Source: Candidatus Omnitrophota bacterium (lineage in GTDB: Bacteria; Ratteibacteria; UBA8468; MWAK01). From it: a stretch of 64,000 nt of DNA. Under the pieces are notes generated by a model. It was not told the origin of the DNA. It saw only the letters and a list, made by a program, of their open reading frames with translations, and did no database searches. This document shows positions 28,079 to 38,109 of the stretch, piece by piece; the stretch's first letter is position 1; each line of letters begins with the position of its first letter. The position numbers and the translations under genes were made by a program. The stretch covers positions 1 to 64,000 of the forward strand of contig JAZDPL010000057.1 in NCBI GenBank assembly GCA_043797665.1. The letters run 5' to 3'.

Positions 28079-30418
28079 CTAAAACAATTGGTATGTTCTG
28101 CCTGTTTCTGTTTTAAATTGTACTTGGTTACCCTTAATATAGGCTGTCTTTATTGGATTTCTGCCGCATCTCAGTTTAATATCTCTATGACGACGACACA
28201 GCTTTACATAACACGATTGTCCACACAGACTATGGATTGTAACTTGTTCAATGGTCCCTGCCTTCCATCGCATAGAAACTTCAAAACCTCCCCGCGCTCT
28301 AAGCCCTTTAATCTCGCCTTTATCAGCCCATGCTTTGGGAAGTGCCGGTAAAATTCTTATCAAACCACCGTGCGACTGGAGAAGCATTTCTGCCATAGCC
28401 GCCGAAGCCCCTAAAATCGCATCGATCATAAATGCCCTGTCCCCCATTTCCCAATACAATGAAAGCCCCTGAGAACGCCAGTCATTATGAATCGTTAATA
28501 AATTATCCATCATGCAACTTTTGGCGAGGTAGTTCAGGCATTTCAAAGCCCTGTTTCCTTGACCCAGGCGTGCATGGAATAAAGCCAGGTAGGGATAGCT
28601 CCATCCGGCATTATCAGCGTAACCGCCGGCTTGCCGTGCAGATAAAGCCCTGGCTGCCGCGTTCACCAATTCAGGCGTTTCTTCCCTGGAAAACATATCT
28701 CCGGGAAATAGCGGATATAAATGAGAAAAATGTCGGTGTTGATGATTGTCAAGGTTTGTTTTATCTGCCCATTCCTTGAGTACGCCATTTTTATCTATGG
28801 GCCATTCCGGAAGATTATCTAATATTTCCTGCCACGTTTTTCGCTTTTCACTGTCCCGGTCAAGAATTTTGCCTGCTTTTAAAAGGTTGCCGAACAATTC
28901 TTTGATTATAGCCAAATCCATCGTGGCATTAACGCAGATCATTTTATGTCCTTCCCAGCCTCCCCGTTCTAACGGTGTATTTTCAGGAGACAGGGAAGGG
29001 GAAACCTCGTATCTTCCCGACGGATCTTTGACCAGAAAATCCTCATAGAAATCGGCTACTTTTTTCAGGTAGGGATACGCGGTGTCTTGCAGGAAACTAC
29101 GTTCCAACGTATACTCATAATGCCACCAAAAGTGTTGAGCCAGCCATCCTGCGGCTCCTGTCCAGATAACCCAAGGTCCGGGAAGCATCTTTCCTTCGCC
29201 TGCGAAGGCAATGGGAAATACTACGCCTCTGCAGCCAAATAAGTTTGAAGCATTCCTTTCGCCTTCTGGAATTAACGACGTTGCCAAGTCAAACAGGGGC
29301 CAGGAAAATTCGCTCAGATTACCATTTTCGGCAATCCAATAAGCCATCTGTACGTTCATGTCCAAATGCCAGTCACTCTGCCAGGGAGGATGCATTTTAT
29401 TGTTCCAGATACCCTGGAGGGATATGGCTTTTGTTCCGGGACGGCTGCTTGTTATCATCAAATATCGCCCCATATTAAACATCAGCTCGAATAATTTATT
29501 GCCCGGCTTTCCAATAAAGGCGTTATGTAACAGGCGGTCCGTTGTTAATGTTTCTTCTTTCTTGTGAGGTTTTAAGGAAAATAGGACACGACGATATATT
29601 TTATTATGGTTTCTGACATGTTTTTTAAGAAGAACATCCACGTCTTCAGCGACCAATGAAATCTTTTCAGTATCTTTGTTTTTTCCGTTTATTGTAATTT
29701 CAGTCAATATCAACATTTCATCCGCCCCGGAAATTACGAGTTTCTTATTATCCGATGATGTCGAAACTGTTCCGCCTTTACATATAACCTTTCCTTTTAC
29801 TTCAAAAGACGTTCCGTTTTCTATATCGCCCTTTAGAACCAAACGATCGTTATTTGCCTGGTTTGCCAAACTACATTCAGGAGAATTTTCTCTCTCCAGC
29901 CATACGGTAGATGATATTGATTTTTTATGGTCGGCTTTTATTTGCATAACAAAAATATTATCCTCTGCCGATACAAAACAAATTCTTTCATACCGGACCT
30001 TACCCATGCTAAAGAAAACTTTAACAAAACCTTGGGATAAGTCCAATATCCGTCTGTATTTTTCTACCGGGAAAGGGTTGTCCATTTTAAAGACCAAATC
30101 ACAGGCGGGTTGATATTCTTCCATACTGTTACCTTGTTTCTCGCCTCCAGACAAAGGCTGAAACTTTTCTCCGACAAGACGGCCTGCCTGTTCCCATTTT
30201 CCTTGCCTTAAAAGTTTACGTATACGGGGCAAATAATGCGAAACCGGAACCGTTTTACGTTCTGTAATTTTTCGCCAGATACCCTCGTGATTCAAACAAA
30301 TGCGCTCTTGTGCGGCATATCCCATAACCATTGCGCCGATTTTCCCGTTACCAAGGGGAAGACCTTCTATCCATGTACCGGGAGGCTTATCAAAATAGAG
30401 TATATTATTGTATTTCAT
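28079..30418 (-). CDS. GH95 family glycoside hydrolase (alpha-L-fucosidase-like), no signal peptide
   Basis: LPLGNGKIGAMV, GRYLMITSSRPG, LQGIWN, PSLSPEN, HRHFSHLYPLFPG, EMLLQSH, LPALP, GLRARGGFEV. Confidence 0.93.
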   Translation of the reverse strand: MKYNNILYFDKPPGTWIEGLPLGNGKIGAMVMGYAAQERICLNHEGIWRKITERKTVPVSHYLPRIRKLLRQGKWEQAGRLVGEKFQPLSGGEKQGNSMEEYQPACDLVFKMDNPFPVEKYRRILDLSQGFVKVFFSMGKVRYERICFVSAEDNIFVMQIKADHKKSISSTVWLERENSPECSLANQANNDRLVLKGDIENGTSFEVKGKVICKGGTVSTSSDNKKLVISGADEMLILTEITINGKNKDTEKISLVAEDVDVLLKKHVRNHNKIYRRVLFSLKPHKKEETLTTDRLLHNAFIGKPGNKLFELMFNMGRYLMITSSRPGTKAISLQGIWNNKMHPPWQSDWHLDMNVQMAYWIAENGNLSEFSWPLFDLATSLIPEGERNASNLFGCRGVVFPIAFAGEGKMLPGPWVIWTGAAGWLAQHFWWHYEYTLERSFLQDTAYPYLKKVADFYEDFLVKDPSGRYEVSPSLSPENTPLERGGWEGHKMICVNATMDLAIIKELFGNLLKAGKILDRDSEKRKTWQEILDNLPEWPIDKNGVLKEWADKTNLDNHQHRHFSHLYPLFPGDMFSREETPELVNAAARALSARQAGGYADNAGWSYPYLALFHARLGQGNRALKCLNYLAKSCMMDNLLTIHNDWRSQGLSLYWEMGDRAFMIDAILGASAAMAEMLLQSHGGLIRILPALPKAWADKGEIKGLRARGGFEVSMRWKAGTIEQVTIHSLCGQSCYVKLCRRHRDIKLRCGRNPIKTAYIKGNQVQFKTETGRTYQLF

Positions 30419-30789
30419 AATTTTATAGTCGTAATCAGTTCTTAAGAGGGTCGTTATTTAGTAGACGCACTCCCCCGCCACTTATTCAAAGCCTCTTCCC
30501 AGATGTAGAATTCCTTCCGAAAGAGGTGGTCAACCTTTTCCAGGGAATAGGTCTTTCGTATCCGCTCAACTGCAGTACAATATTCCGCTTCGCTAAAATT
30601 CTGGTCAGACATTTTTGTGTAAGGGAGACACATATTGAAAATTTTGGGGTTCCTCCCCAACTTGATGTTGGGGTCGCCGCATCTGGATGATGGAGTCCTC
30701 GCGCATTCCGACTGGATTAAACATCCGCTTTAGCGTCTTAATCATGTTCCTACTTTTCTCAACCTTTCATCGTTCGTTTGGGGAATTTT

Positions 30790-31806
30790 TCAAACTGGTT
30801 CTATCCTTACCGGTTTTCCGATTCGGCTGGATTCCACCGCAGATAAGCAGGCGATTACGGTTCGGGCACCTTCCAGTTCGTTTGTTGGTACCGGCTGATT
30901 ATTGAGGATGCAGTCCACAAATTCCGCAATCTCCGCACCGACATTATGGATGGCAATCTCCACCGGAAATGAGGCAAAAGAAGGTACTTCCTTGAAATTC
31001 TTCCGGCTGCAGAGTTGAATCTGGGAACTGGTGTTGTCGCAGATAATCGTTCCTTCAGTACCGTAGAAAACACTGCGCATCGTGTAGGGCCTGATACAGC
31101 CGATGGAAACCATTACCTTCCCCATAACTTCGTTAGGAAAACGGTACACAGCCACGGCGCAGTCATTTACCGGCCAGTCCGTAAGGCACTTATGATTAGC
31201 GTAGGCAAAGACCTCCTGGGGGTCACCCGCTATCCAGCGAAGTAAATCCACCGCGTGGCATCCGCCACCTAAAAAAGGTTCCCTCCGGGAATCTTTTCGC
31301 CAGTTGCCGACACCAGGTACCTTTCGGTAGTCGTGGGCATATTCACTCTCCACAAAAAATAAATCCCCGATTTCGCCCCGGTCCTTCATCTTTTTGGCTA
31401 AAAGAAATCCTGGTGCGTAACGGCATACCTGACCCACCATAAAACGCCGGCCGGTCCTTTTGACCGCCTTTATAATCTCTCTGGCTTCTTCCACCGAAGC
31501 GGTCATCGGCTTTTCGCAGAGGACATCCTTGCCCGCTTCCAAAGCCGTAATGGACTGTTCAGCGTGGGAAAAGTCCGGGCTGGCTACCGAGATTATATCT
31601 ATCTCAGGATTTTTCAGAAGTTCTTTGTAATCGGTAACCACTACCTTAGCCGGGTACTCTTCCTTAACCTGAGCCAGCCGTTCCGGGTCGGTGTCGCAGA
31701 TTCCAATGATTTGCGTATGGGGATTCTGGCGATAGCCTTCCAGATGGGCTTTCCCCATCGCTAACCCAATTACTCCTACCCCTAATTTCTCCTGTTCTTT
31801 ACTCAT
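30790..31806 (-). CDS. Gfo/Idh/MocA family oxidoreductase
   Basis: Rossmann GVGVIG, VLCEKPM, GCHAVDL. Confidence 0.92.
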   Translation of the reverse strand: MSKEQEKLGVGVIGLAMGKAHLEGYRQNPHTQIIGICDTDPERLAQVKEEYPAKVVVTDYKELLKNPEIDIISVASPDFSHAEQSITALEAGKDVLCEKPMTASVEEAREIIKAVKRTGRRFMVGQVCRYAPGFLLAKKMKDRGEIGDLFFVESEYAHDYRKVPGVGNWRKDSRREPFLGGGCHAVDLLRWIAGDPQEVFAYANHKCLTDWPVNDCAVAVYRFPNEVMGKVMVSIGCIRPYTMRSVFYGTEGTIICDNTSSQIQLCSRKNFKEVPSFASFPVEIAIHNVGAEIAEFVDCILNNQPVPTNELEGARTVIACLSAVESSRIGKPVRIEPV

Positions 31807-31902
31807 AAATTCCTACAACATTCTCTCTAAGAAATGCTAACCCCTTTTTTGCCTTTTTCATACCATTACCATGCCATTCGTTAATCTAAGATGTTGTGCC
31901 AT

Positions 31903-31931
31903 AAAAAAACCCGGCTCTCTATCATGCCGGG
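31903..31931 (-). terminator. Rho-independent terminator after the PilZ gene
   Basis: CCCGGC-10nt-GCCGGG-TTTTTTT on the minus strand. Confidence 0.75.
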
Positions 31932-31952
31932 ATTTTGCGATGTTTTGTGGGT

Positions 31953-32609
31953 TTAAATTGTCATTTCCTCTCTGGGGTTGCCTTTACGTTGCAGTTCCCG
32001 GGAGACAAACCGCCTCAATTTCTTCCTTGCTTCTTCGGAGATAACCCAAAATTCCAGACCAGCCACAAAGAGATTTTCTTTTTCCGCACAATACCGGACA
32101 CCCCCTATCGCCGGTATTTTATCGTCATTCAGGTTTACTTCTACCAGGAACTTTTCTTTCAGAGGTAAGGTAACCGGAGATAAAATTCCTACTCCATCTT
32201 CGCAGATGTCAAAGACCTGGACCTTGATACTCTTCTTGCCGCCTTTTAAAACAGCCCAGACTTTCTGAAGAACAGTTTTTGCGGCCGTACGTTCTTTTTG
32301 CATAATGGCGGACATGCCATCGGTTTTTAACCGGAAGTATTTTCGCTTGTCTGTGGTAGCGGTTTTCGTCTGCTTCAGAACAAGAGTTGAAGGTCCTTCC
32401 GGAATCAGGATTCCGCTGAAGACCCGCCTCTGCTGTTCCGGTCCCTGGTAATAGACCGTACAACTTTCGGATACGATGGGCCAGGCCATCTCCTCCGACA
32501 TAACTGCAATCTCGTATGTCTTTTCGTTTCTGACCGCCAGTACTTTACCGCAGAACTCCGTCTTGGCGGTATCAGCAACAAACAGTTGTCCGTAACGCAA
32601 CTCTGCCAT
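31953..32609 (-). CDS. PilZ-domain (c-di-GMP-binding) protein
   Basis: KRKYFR (RxxxR) and DICEDG (DxSxxG-like) motifs, GLEF. The ATG at 32621 lies inside the predicted -10 box (TTGACG-18nt-TATTAT), so 32609 is preferred. Confidence 0.8.
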   Translation of the reverse strand: MAELRYGQLFVADTAKTEFCGKVLAVRNEKTYEIAVMSEEMAWPIVSESCTVYYQGPEQQRRVFSGILIPEGPSTLVLKQTKTATTDKRKYFRLKTDGMSAIMQKERTAAKTVLQKVWAVLKGGKKSIKVQVFDICEDGVGILSPVTLPLKEKFLVEVNLNDDKIPAIGGVRYCAEKENLFVAGLEFWVISEEARKKLRRFVSRELQRKGNPREEMTI

Positions 32610-32682
32610 TTTTAACACCATAATATCACCTTTTCTTTAAAGCCGTCAAATTTTAGGATATAATATATACCGAAAGGAGAAT

Positions 32683-33768
32683 ATGGAGTATAAACCGGAG
32701 TTTGAAGATCTGGAGCCATACTATCGGGCTTTCTGGCAGGGTGAGGTTCTGGACCGGGTCGCCGTCGCCATAACTGCACCAAGAGATTCAACCCCTTTGT
32801 CTATTCCTAACTGTCCCAACTGGAATGAGCCTAAGGTGGTCTTAAACGAAAAGCCGGAACGAATTTTGGACTATTTTGAAGCAACCTGCAAAAATACCTT
32901 CTACGGCGGATTAGCAGTACCATTCTTCTGGCCCAATTCAGGTCCGGATGTCTTTTCCGCTTTTCTGGGTACAGACCTGAAACTATCCGAAGATTCAAAA
33001 GGTACCTCCTGGGTCAGATGGTCGGAAGTCATATCTGACTATCAGGGTGTTTCCCATTTAGAGATTAAAGATGACAACCCGTTCTACCGGAAGGTATTAG
33101 ACCTTACCCGTTATGCGGTGGAAAGGGGAAAAGGCAAGTACCTGGTCGGTCTCACCGACCTCCACGGTGGTTTTGATGCGCTTTCGGTCTTAAGGGGTGG
33201 TCCGGAAAAGGCATCGCTGGATTTGATAGAGAATCCGGAAGGGGTTAAATCCGCCATGCATAAACTTTATCAAGCCTGGCAGAAGATTTACGATGACTCT
33301 TACCGAATCATTAAGGATAACCAGCCGGGAACTATTTGCTGGATTTCCATTTGGGCCCCGGGTAAGATGTACTCGGTCCAGAGCGATTTTTCCTGCCTGG
33401 TCTCCGCCAAAATGTACCGGGAACTTCTTCTGGAAGAACTCCTTTCCGAAATAAACTATTTAGATTATTCCATCTACCACCTGGATGGCGTTGAGGCATT
33501 ACAGCATTTGGACCTTCTTTTGGAGATTCCTAAACTTAACGCTATCCAGTGGGTTTCCGGCGCCAGATTTGAGAAGGCAGGTATTGAGAAATGGCTTCCG
33601 CTCTACCAGAAAATTCAGGCGAAGAAAAAGTCCATCGTGGTCTATCCTTCGGTTAAGGAGATTCCCCTGGTTCTGGAGAACCTCAAGCCCGAAGGGTTGC
33701 TTATCCAGACTCATTGTTCCAACGAAGCGGAAGCCAGGGATATCCTGGCAAAATTAGGCTGGAGATAA
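32683..33768 (+). CDS. URO-D/methyltransferase-superfamily TIM-barrel protein
   Basis: AFWQGEVLDR, GPDVFSAFLG, TDLHGGFD, QSDFSCLVS, YHLDG, AIQW motifs. AAGGAG RBS. Confidence 0.7.
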   Translation: MEYKPEFEDLEPYYRAFWQGEVLDRVAVAITAPRDSTPLSIPNCPNWNEPKVVLNEKPERILDYFEATCKNTFYGGLAVPFFWPNSGPDVFSAFLGTDLKLSEDSKGTSWVRWSEVISDYQGVSHLEIKDDNPFYRKVLDLTRYAVERGKGKYLVGLTDLHGGFDALSVLRGGPEKASLDLIENPEGVKSAMHKLYQAWQKIYDDSYRIIKDNQPGTICWISIWAPGKMYSVQSDFSCLVSAKMYRELLLEELLSEINYLDYSIYHLDGVEALQHLDLLLEIPKLNAIQWVSGARFEKAGIEKWLPLYQKIQAKKKSIVVYPSVKEIPLVLENLKPEGLLIQTHCSNEAEARDILAKLGWR

Positions 33769-33852
33769 CCCCATTCACCAATTCACCGTTTTTTATTTCC
33801 TATGCACCGTAATGGCCTTCCAGCAGTTTTTTCTTTATAACCGCGCACTACG

Positions 33853-35871
33853 TCAGGCCACCGCTGAACCAGCTAAGGTTAGTTTGACCAGGCTGACAAC
33901 CCGATGGTGAAGCAGGCTGATTTCGGCGGCGCCATCGGTCATCCGGAACGATGCGGGGTGCACGCCTGTTCCGGGTCCCCGATATGAGGCTTGCCGTATA
34001 TGGTGGATAGCTCCAAATCTCACCCGAAACTTCAGGTTTCGTTCAAAATCGCGTCCGTCCTGAAGCCGCTGGCGTTCGGAAACGACCGTGACATAATAGT
34101 GTCCATCGCGCCCCTTGAAGATATTCCCTGCCACTCCGATGGGCATCTCCAATGGTGCCGGTTCGAGAACCCACTCTCTGCCGATCAGATGCTTCAGCAA
34201 TGGCTGATATAAACGGAATAGGCGATCGACGCCGCGTGAATACTTATCGCAGGGCGCGGTATAGCAGGTTCCCCCGGAGAGCAGACACTTCTGGAACATC
34301 TCTTCAACCTCGTCCTCATTTTTGAAGTAGTGGAAGAATATCATCGGTCGCGCGACGCAGAAATATTGCTCCACATCAACCACCCACGAACTGCCCTCCG
34401 CCATGATTTGATCCACGCCTTCAGCCAGTTCGATGAGCCGCGGACCATTTACGGAAATCACCATACCGCGCTTATGAGCTTCGCGCACCAGCTTATCCCG
34501 GTGTTGCTGATAACAAAAGGAAAGCCGGTACATCGGCCTGTTGTCCACCATGGTGATTCCGTCGTGGTGCGCGCTGTCAATATCATCGTAACCTGCCTGA
34601 TCCCAGAAAAGACCTCCGGCTTCCGGATACAGTCTGAAAAAGCGGTCTATTTCCCGGTCAATGAACCGGCCGAAGGGCAGCGCCGGGTCGGCATTCATCA
34701 TCCAGATTTTGTAATAGGCGCATCCCATCTTCTGTCCGTCCACATTTAATGCGATTGATTCCGGAAACTTTTTCTCAACGAAGGGCTTGAACCCGTCGCC
34801 CGCAAGTTGAATATAGAGTAAAGGTACAATGCCGTTTTGCTTGTATAGGCGAATGGTGCGGCGAATTTGCGTAACCGTGATCTTCTTTTTCTTTTTATCC
34901 TCGACACAACGCCACGTACCATGTTCGGGAAAATAATGGCCGTAGTGGGGATAGTGATGATGAATTTCAACCACCTTGGCTCCGTAGGATTTGGCCGTGC
35001 GGATGCCGGTGTTTGTGTCATGCGGGCCGCCGGGAACAAAACCACCCTCCAACGACTCATGGGTTTGGGGATGACCGGGCCGGAAGTAACTGGGATACTT
35101 TGCCACAAGCCAGGCCAACCCCGGACGCCAACACCCCTCATGCGGGTGCAGTAAGAGTGCGGTCCTGGCCGGTTGTTTTGGGTCGAGTTTCAACCAGCCG
35201 CTTTCAACGGTGACTCCGCCGCTGCGAAAGTCGTCAAATGAGACCGACCAGCGCGGAATACGCAAGCCAAAGGGTTTGGCCAGACTTAAGCCGACATTAC
35301 TTTTTTCTTTGAGATTGGGAATCAGGGATGTCCCCTTGTAGATTGAGACTATCGGGATGCCGGCGCCATAACACAAATCACCGTAAACAAGACTGGTGTG
35401 CCCGACGTTGACCAGCAGTTTCGGAAAACCCACGGCCGGCATCCAAACATTCCAGCCCCAATGCGGTTCTTCCGTCGGCCAGGGGATAAATTGGCGGATG
35501 CGCACCGACCTCGGTTCTTCGCCCGCATCAAGAGAAACCTCTGCCGTCCACAGGGCTTCAGCCCGGTCAACCGACCAGGTTTCCATCACGGTGAATCGCG
35601 CGCGCTTGAAACGCTTACTAACCAGCAGTTTTCTTCCTTCCCTGGTAACCGTCACGCGGCACTCATCCCTGCCGTCGCGACAAAACAGCGGCTGGCGCTC
35701 GTCCACTATTTCCAGTCGGCCGGGAATGGTATTCCAAGTGCCGAACTCGTTTTGGGTCAGGAAGAGGTTTGCCATCCGGCCGGCGGCGCGGTCGATGGCA
35801 ATCGTGAACCCCTCTCCGTGAATCTCTTCGCAGTTCCGCGGATGTTCGGTTGATGGTAATTTTTTAACCAT
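33853..35871 (-). CDS. Putative glycoside hydrolase-like protein (TIM-barrel), cytoplasmic
   Basis: 672 aa, aromatic-rich, GGLFWDQ and QIMAEG acidic motifs, no signal peptide, last gene of the carbohydrate block. Confidence 0.55.
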   Translation of the reverse strand: MVKKLPSTEHPRNCEEIHGEGFTIAIDRAAGRMANLFLTQNEFGTWNTIPGRLEIVDERQPLFCRDGRDECRVTVTREGRKLLVSKRFKRARFTVMETWSVDRAEALWTAEVSLDAGEEPRSVRIRQFIPWPTEEPHWGWNVWMPAVGFPKLLVNVGHTSLVYGDLCYGAGIPIVSIYKGTSLIPNLKEKSNVGLSLAKPFGLRIPRWSVSFDDFRSGGVTVESGWLKLDPKQPARTALLLHPHEGCWRPGLAWLVAKYPSYFRPGHPQTHESLEGGFVPGGPHDTNTGIRTAKSYGAKVVEIHHHYPHYGHYFPEHGTWRCVEDKKKKKITVTQIRRTIRLYKQNGIVPLLYIQLAGDGFKPFVEKKFPESIALNVDGQKMGCAYYKIWMMNADPALPFGRFIDREIDRFFRLYPEAGGLFWDQAGYDDIDSAHHDGITMVDNRPMYRLSFCYQQHRDKLVREAHKRGMVISVNGPRLIELAEGVDQIMAEGSSWVVDVEQYFCVARPMIFFHYFKNEDEVEEMFQKCLLSGGTCYTAPCDKYSRGVDRLFRLYQPLLKHLIGREWVLEPAPLEMPIGVAGNIFKGRDGHYYVTVVSERQRLQDGRDFERNLKFRVRFGAIHHIRQASYRGPGTGVHPASFRMTDGAAEISLLHHRVVSLVKLTLAGSAVA

Positions 35872-35889
35872 AATGTCGTTAGTCTCCGT

Positions 35890-38109
35890 TTAGACAGGAA
35901 GAACAACAACGGCGTAGGTATCAAGGTAGTCAAAGAAAATACGCACCTTCGCGTTTTTCTTTTCAATTTTCCATTTTGGGGTCTTGTCGGTCGGCGGGAA
36001 AAGGACTTCCACACTCTTCGGCTGTAAAGACGCGTGGACGTCTACGGCGGCGGATTGCCTCTTTTTCGTTAGATTCACCAGGTGGACAAGGTACCTTGCC
36101 GGTTTTTCCTGATAAAGGAATTCTGCGAGCACACCGCGTTCGGCTGTTACGGTGAAACGTTCTCCATCCTGGAGAAGCCATCGCACCGCATGATTTATTT
36201 CTTTTGCGCAGTCCGGCGCCGTCCAGTTTGTATAGTCAAAACTCCAGTTGAGCGCTCCTTGCGGCGTCATAAGCGAGGGCTGTGCCGTCGGGTCCACCAC
36301 CATTGGAACAAAAACAGCTTTGCCTTTTCCGAACGCCGCCCGAAGTAATCCGTTGCTCTGTCTCCGTATTCCGGCGCCGGCAAACACACCTGCGGCGGCT
36401 TCGGCCATGGCGTCTCCGTGAATGTCCGCAGCCACCGCTCCGCCGAATAGGGCATTCCAGGGGTTTTCAACCCGGCGGCGGTGCCAGAGGTCAAAAGTTC
36501 CGGTATCCTGCCCGATGAGGACGCTGCCGCCTTTTTCAATGAACCCGAAAATCTCCTCAATCTGGCGCAAACTCATACATTCAACATTCGGCAGAATCAG
36601 CAGGTCATACCGTTGAAGTGTTTTCGGCGACTCCTCAAAAACTATGTCAAAACCGCGGCGGGTTTCAATCAGGAGTTGTTCCATGCGCATTGCCGCGGCG
36701 TAAGCAAGTTTTCCGGATACCGCCATGTTTTCGCGGGGTCTCCATAACGCAATCCGGGCGGCGCTTACCGTATCGCGGAAATACTCCCGGTGGGCGTTAA
36801 GCCACTCCATGAAACGGCACTTGACATCAAAATGCACGTTATAGCGGTTGCTGAAATTCATGTGCGGAGGAAAACCGATGCAGCCGATATTGCCTGAGTT
36901 GAAGGCCGCTGTGTGGGCAAGGTTCTGCCGCAGAAGCCGCTCGTTTTCCTCGGCCATGTAGCTAAGGGCGAATTGATTGGCGGCGCGGCAGAGTTTGAAC
37001 TGCCTGACCCGCTGGGTGATGATACCGTCCGGATATACCCGCGGAGGAAAACCGTCTTCGCTCCAGTTGGCATCCGTATAATAGCCGGTGCCTATGACGT
37101 CGCACCCGAGGGCAAGGGCGGCATTCTCCCTGACGGCCGGAAGGGCATTATTGATTTCAATCATAACCTCCGGGTTCATCTCCTTTGTCCAGAGAGCAAT
37201 CTCGGAAAGAATGCGCGTTGTCCAGTTGCACCGGAACGCAACCCATTCGCACCATTCCGGGTTAATGGGACCGCTGTCAAACGGCGGCGCGCCGGAAGGC
37301 GGGGTGACTTTATCAAGAAACGGATGGCCGAACCTTTCCCAGGCAATTTCTCTGTCGCGTCCGTATCGCTCAAAGAGAAACGCGTGGAAATCGTCCGTGC
37401 ATTTTTGACATCGGCAGGGAACCATGCCGGGAACCGTTCCCTCGTAGTTGCCGATAATCATGCCGTCAAGATGCAGTATGTCTGTTTTAATATCTTTAAT
37501 GGCGCGTTCAACGGACCGCTTAAGCCGCTTAACCGGTCCGTCATGGTGATAACACGGATTCAGGGATGAGGAACCGAAAAGGTGGACATAGCTTCCTTCG
37601 GCATCCCGCTGGAACCCTCCGCCAAGTTCAACCAGTTCTTCTTCGCTCAACGTATCGGGCCACACGTTATCCATTCTGAAATAAGTACCTACCTTTAAGC
37701 CGGACTCGTGAGCCATTGCGGCAAATAGTTTTGAGCGGCGGCATTCCTCGTCAAAAATCTCTTTACCGTGCCCACAATCAAAAGGAATGATGACGACATT
37801 ACACCCCAGGCGTTTTATATCGTCAAGAAACGCCTGGCTGTGCTCAAAAGCATACTCTTCCTCCGCCCACGTGGTTGAAAGACCCGTATGCCTGCGCCAC
37901 GCGAGAGGTTCCCAGCAACCGACCGAGCAGAATCCCTCTCTGAGCAGCCAGGCTGGTTTTGCTCGTGTCCCGGGTCTAAAACGGAGTTTTCGTTCGTCAA
38001 GAAAAGGCACTGCATATCGGTCTGCTTCCGACGGCAGGATGCGCGCGCGATTCTCTGCCTTCTCCGGCATAGATTCTTTCCAGAGGTCAAACTGTGATTT
38101 GGTGTCCAT
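35890..38109 (-). CDS. Putative glycoside hydrolase with C-terminal GH42-trimerisation/GATase-like domain, cytoplasmic
   Basis: DILHLDG, CRCQKC..F, EWVAFR, YDLLILPNVECMS...GGSVL, VHLVN. AAGGAGG RBS before ATG 38109. Confidence 0.65.
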   Translation of the reverse strand: MDTKSQFDLWKESMPEKAENRARILPSEADRYAVPFLDERKLRFRPGTRAKPAWLLREGFCSVGCWEPLAWRRHTGLSTTWAEEEYAFEHSQAFLDDIKRLGCNVVIIPFDCGHGKEIFDEECRRSKLFAAMAHESGLKVGTYFRMDNVWPDTLSEEELVELGGGFQRDAEGSYVHLFGSSSLNPCYHHDGPVKRLKRSVERAIKDIKTDILHLDGMIIGNYEGTVPGMVPCRCQKCTDDFHAFLFERYGRDREIAWERFGHPFLDKVTPPSGAPPFDSGPINPEWCEWVAFRCNWTTRILSEIALWTKEMNPEVMIEINNALPAVRENAALALGCDVIGTGYYTDANWSEDGFPPRVYPDGIITQRVRQFKLCRAANQFALSYMAEENERLLRQNLAHTAAFNSGNIGCIGFPPHMNFSNRYNVHFDVKCRFMEWLNAHREYFRDTVSAARIALWRPRENMAVSGKLAYAAAMRMEQLLIETRRGFDIVFEESPKTLQRYDLLILPNVECMSLRQIEEIFGFIEKGGSVLIGQDTGTFDLWHRRRVENPWNALFGGAVAADIHGDAMAEAAAGVFAGAGIRRQSNGLLRAAFGKGKAVFVPMVVDPTAQPSLMTPQGALNWSFDYTNWTAPDCAKEINHAVRWLLQDGERFTVTAERGVLAEFLYQEKPARYLVHLVNLTKKRQSAAVDVHASLQPKSVEVLFPPTDKTPKWKIEKKNAKVRIFFDYLDTYAVVVLPV

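Noticed and set aside
30454..30745. Possible small gene or frameshifted remnant (MIKTLKRMFNP... / ...NPKIFNMCLPYTK...EEALNKW)
   Set aside because: It reads as protein-like, but I recognise no family and no clear start. A tblastn search is needed before calling it.
31820..31902. Possible sigma54 promoter (TGGCAC/TGGCAT) upstream of the Gfo/Idh/MocA gene
   Set aside because: No TTGC -12 element at the required spacing.
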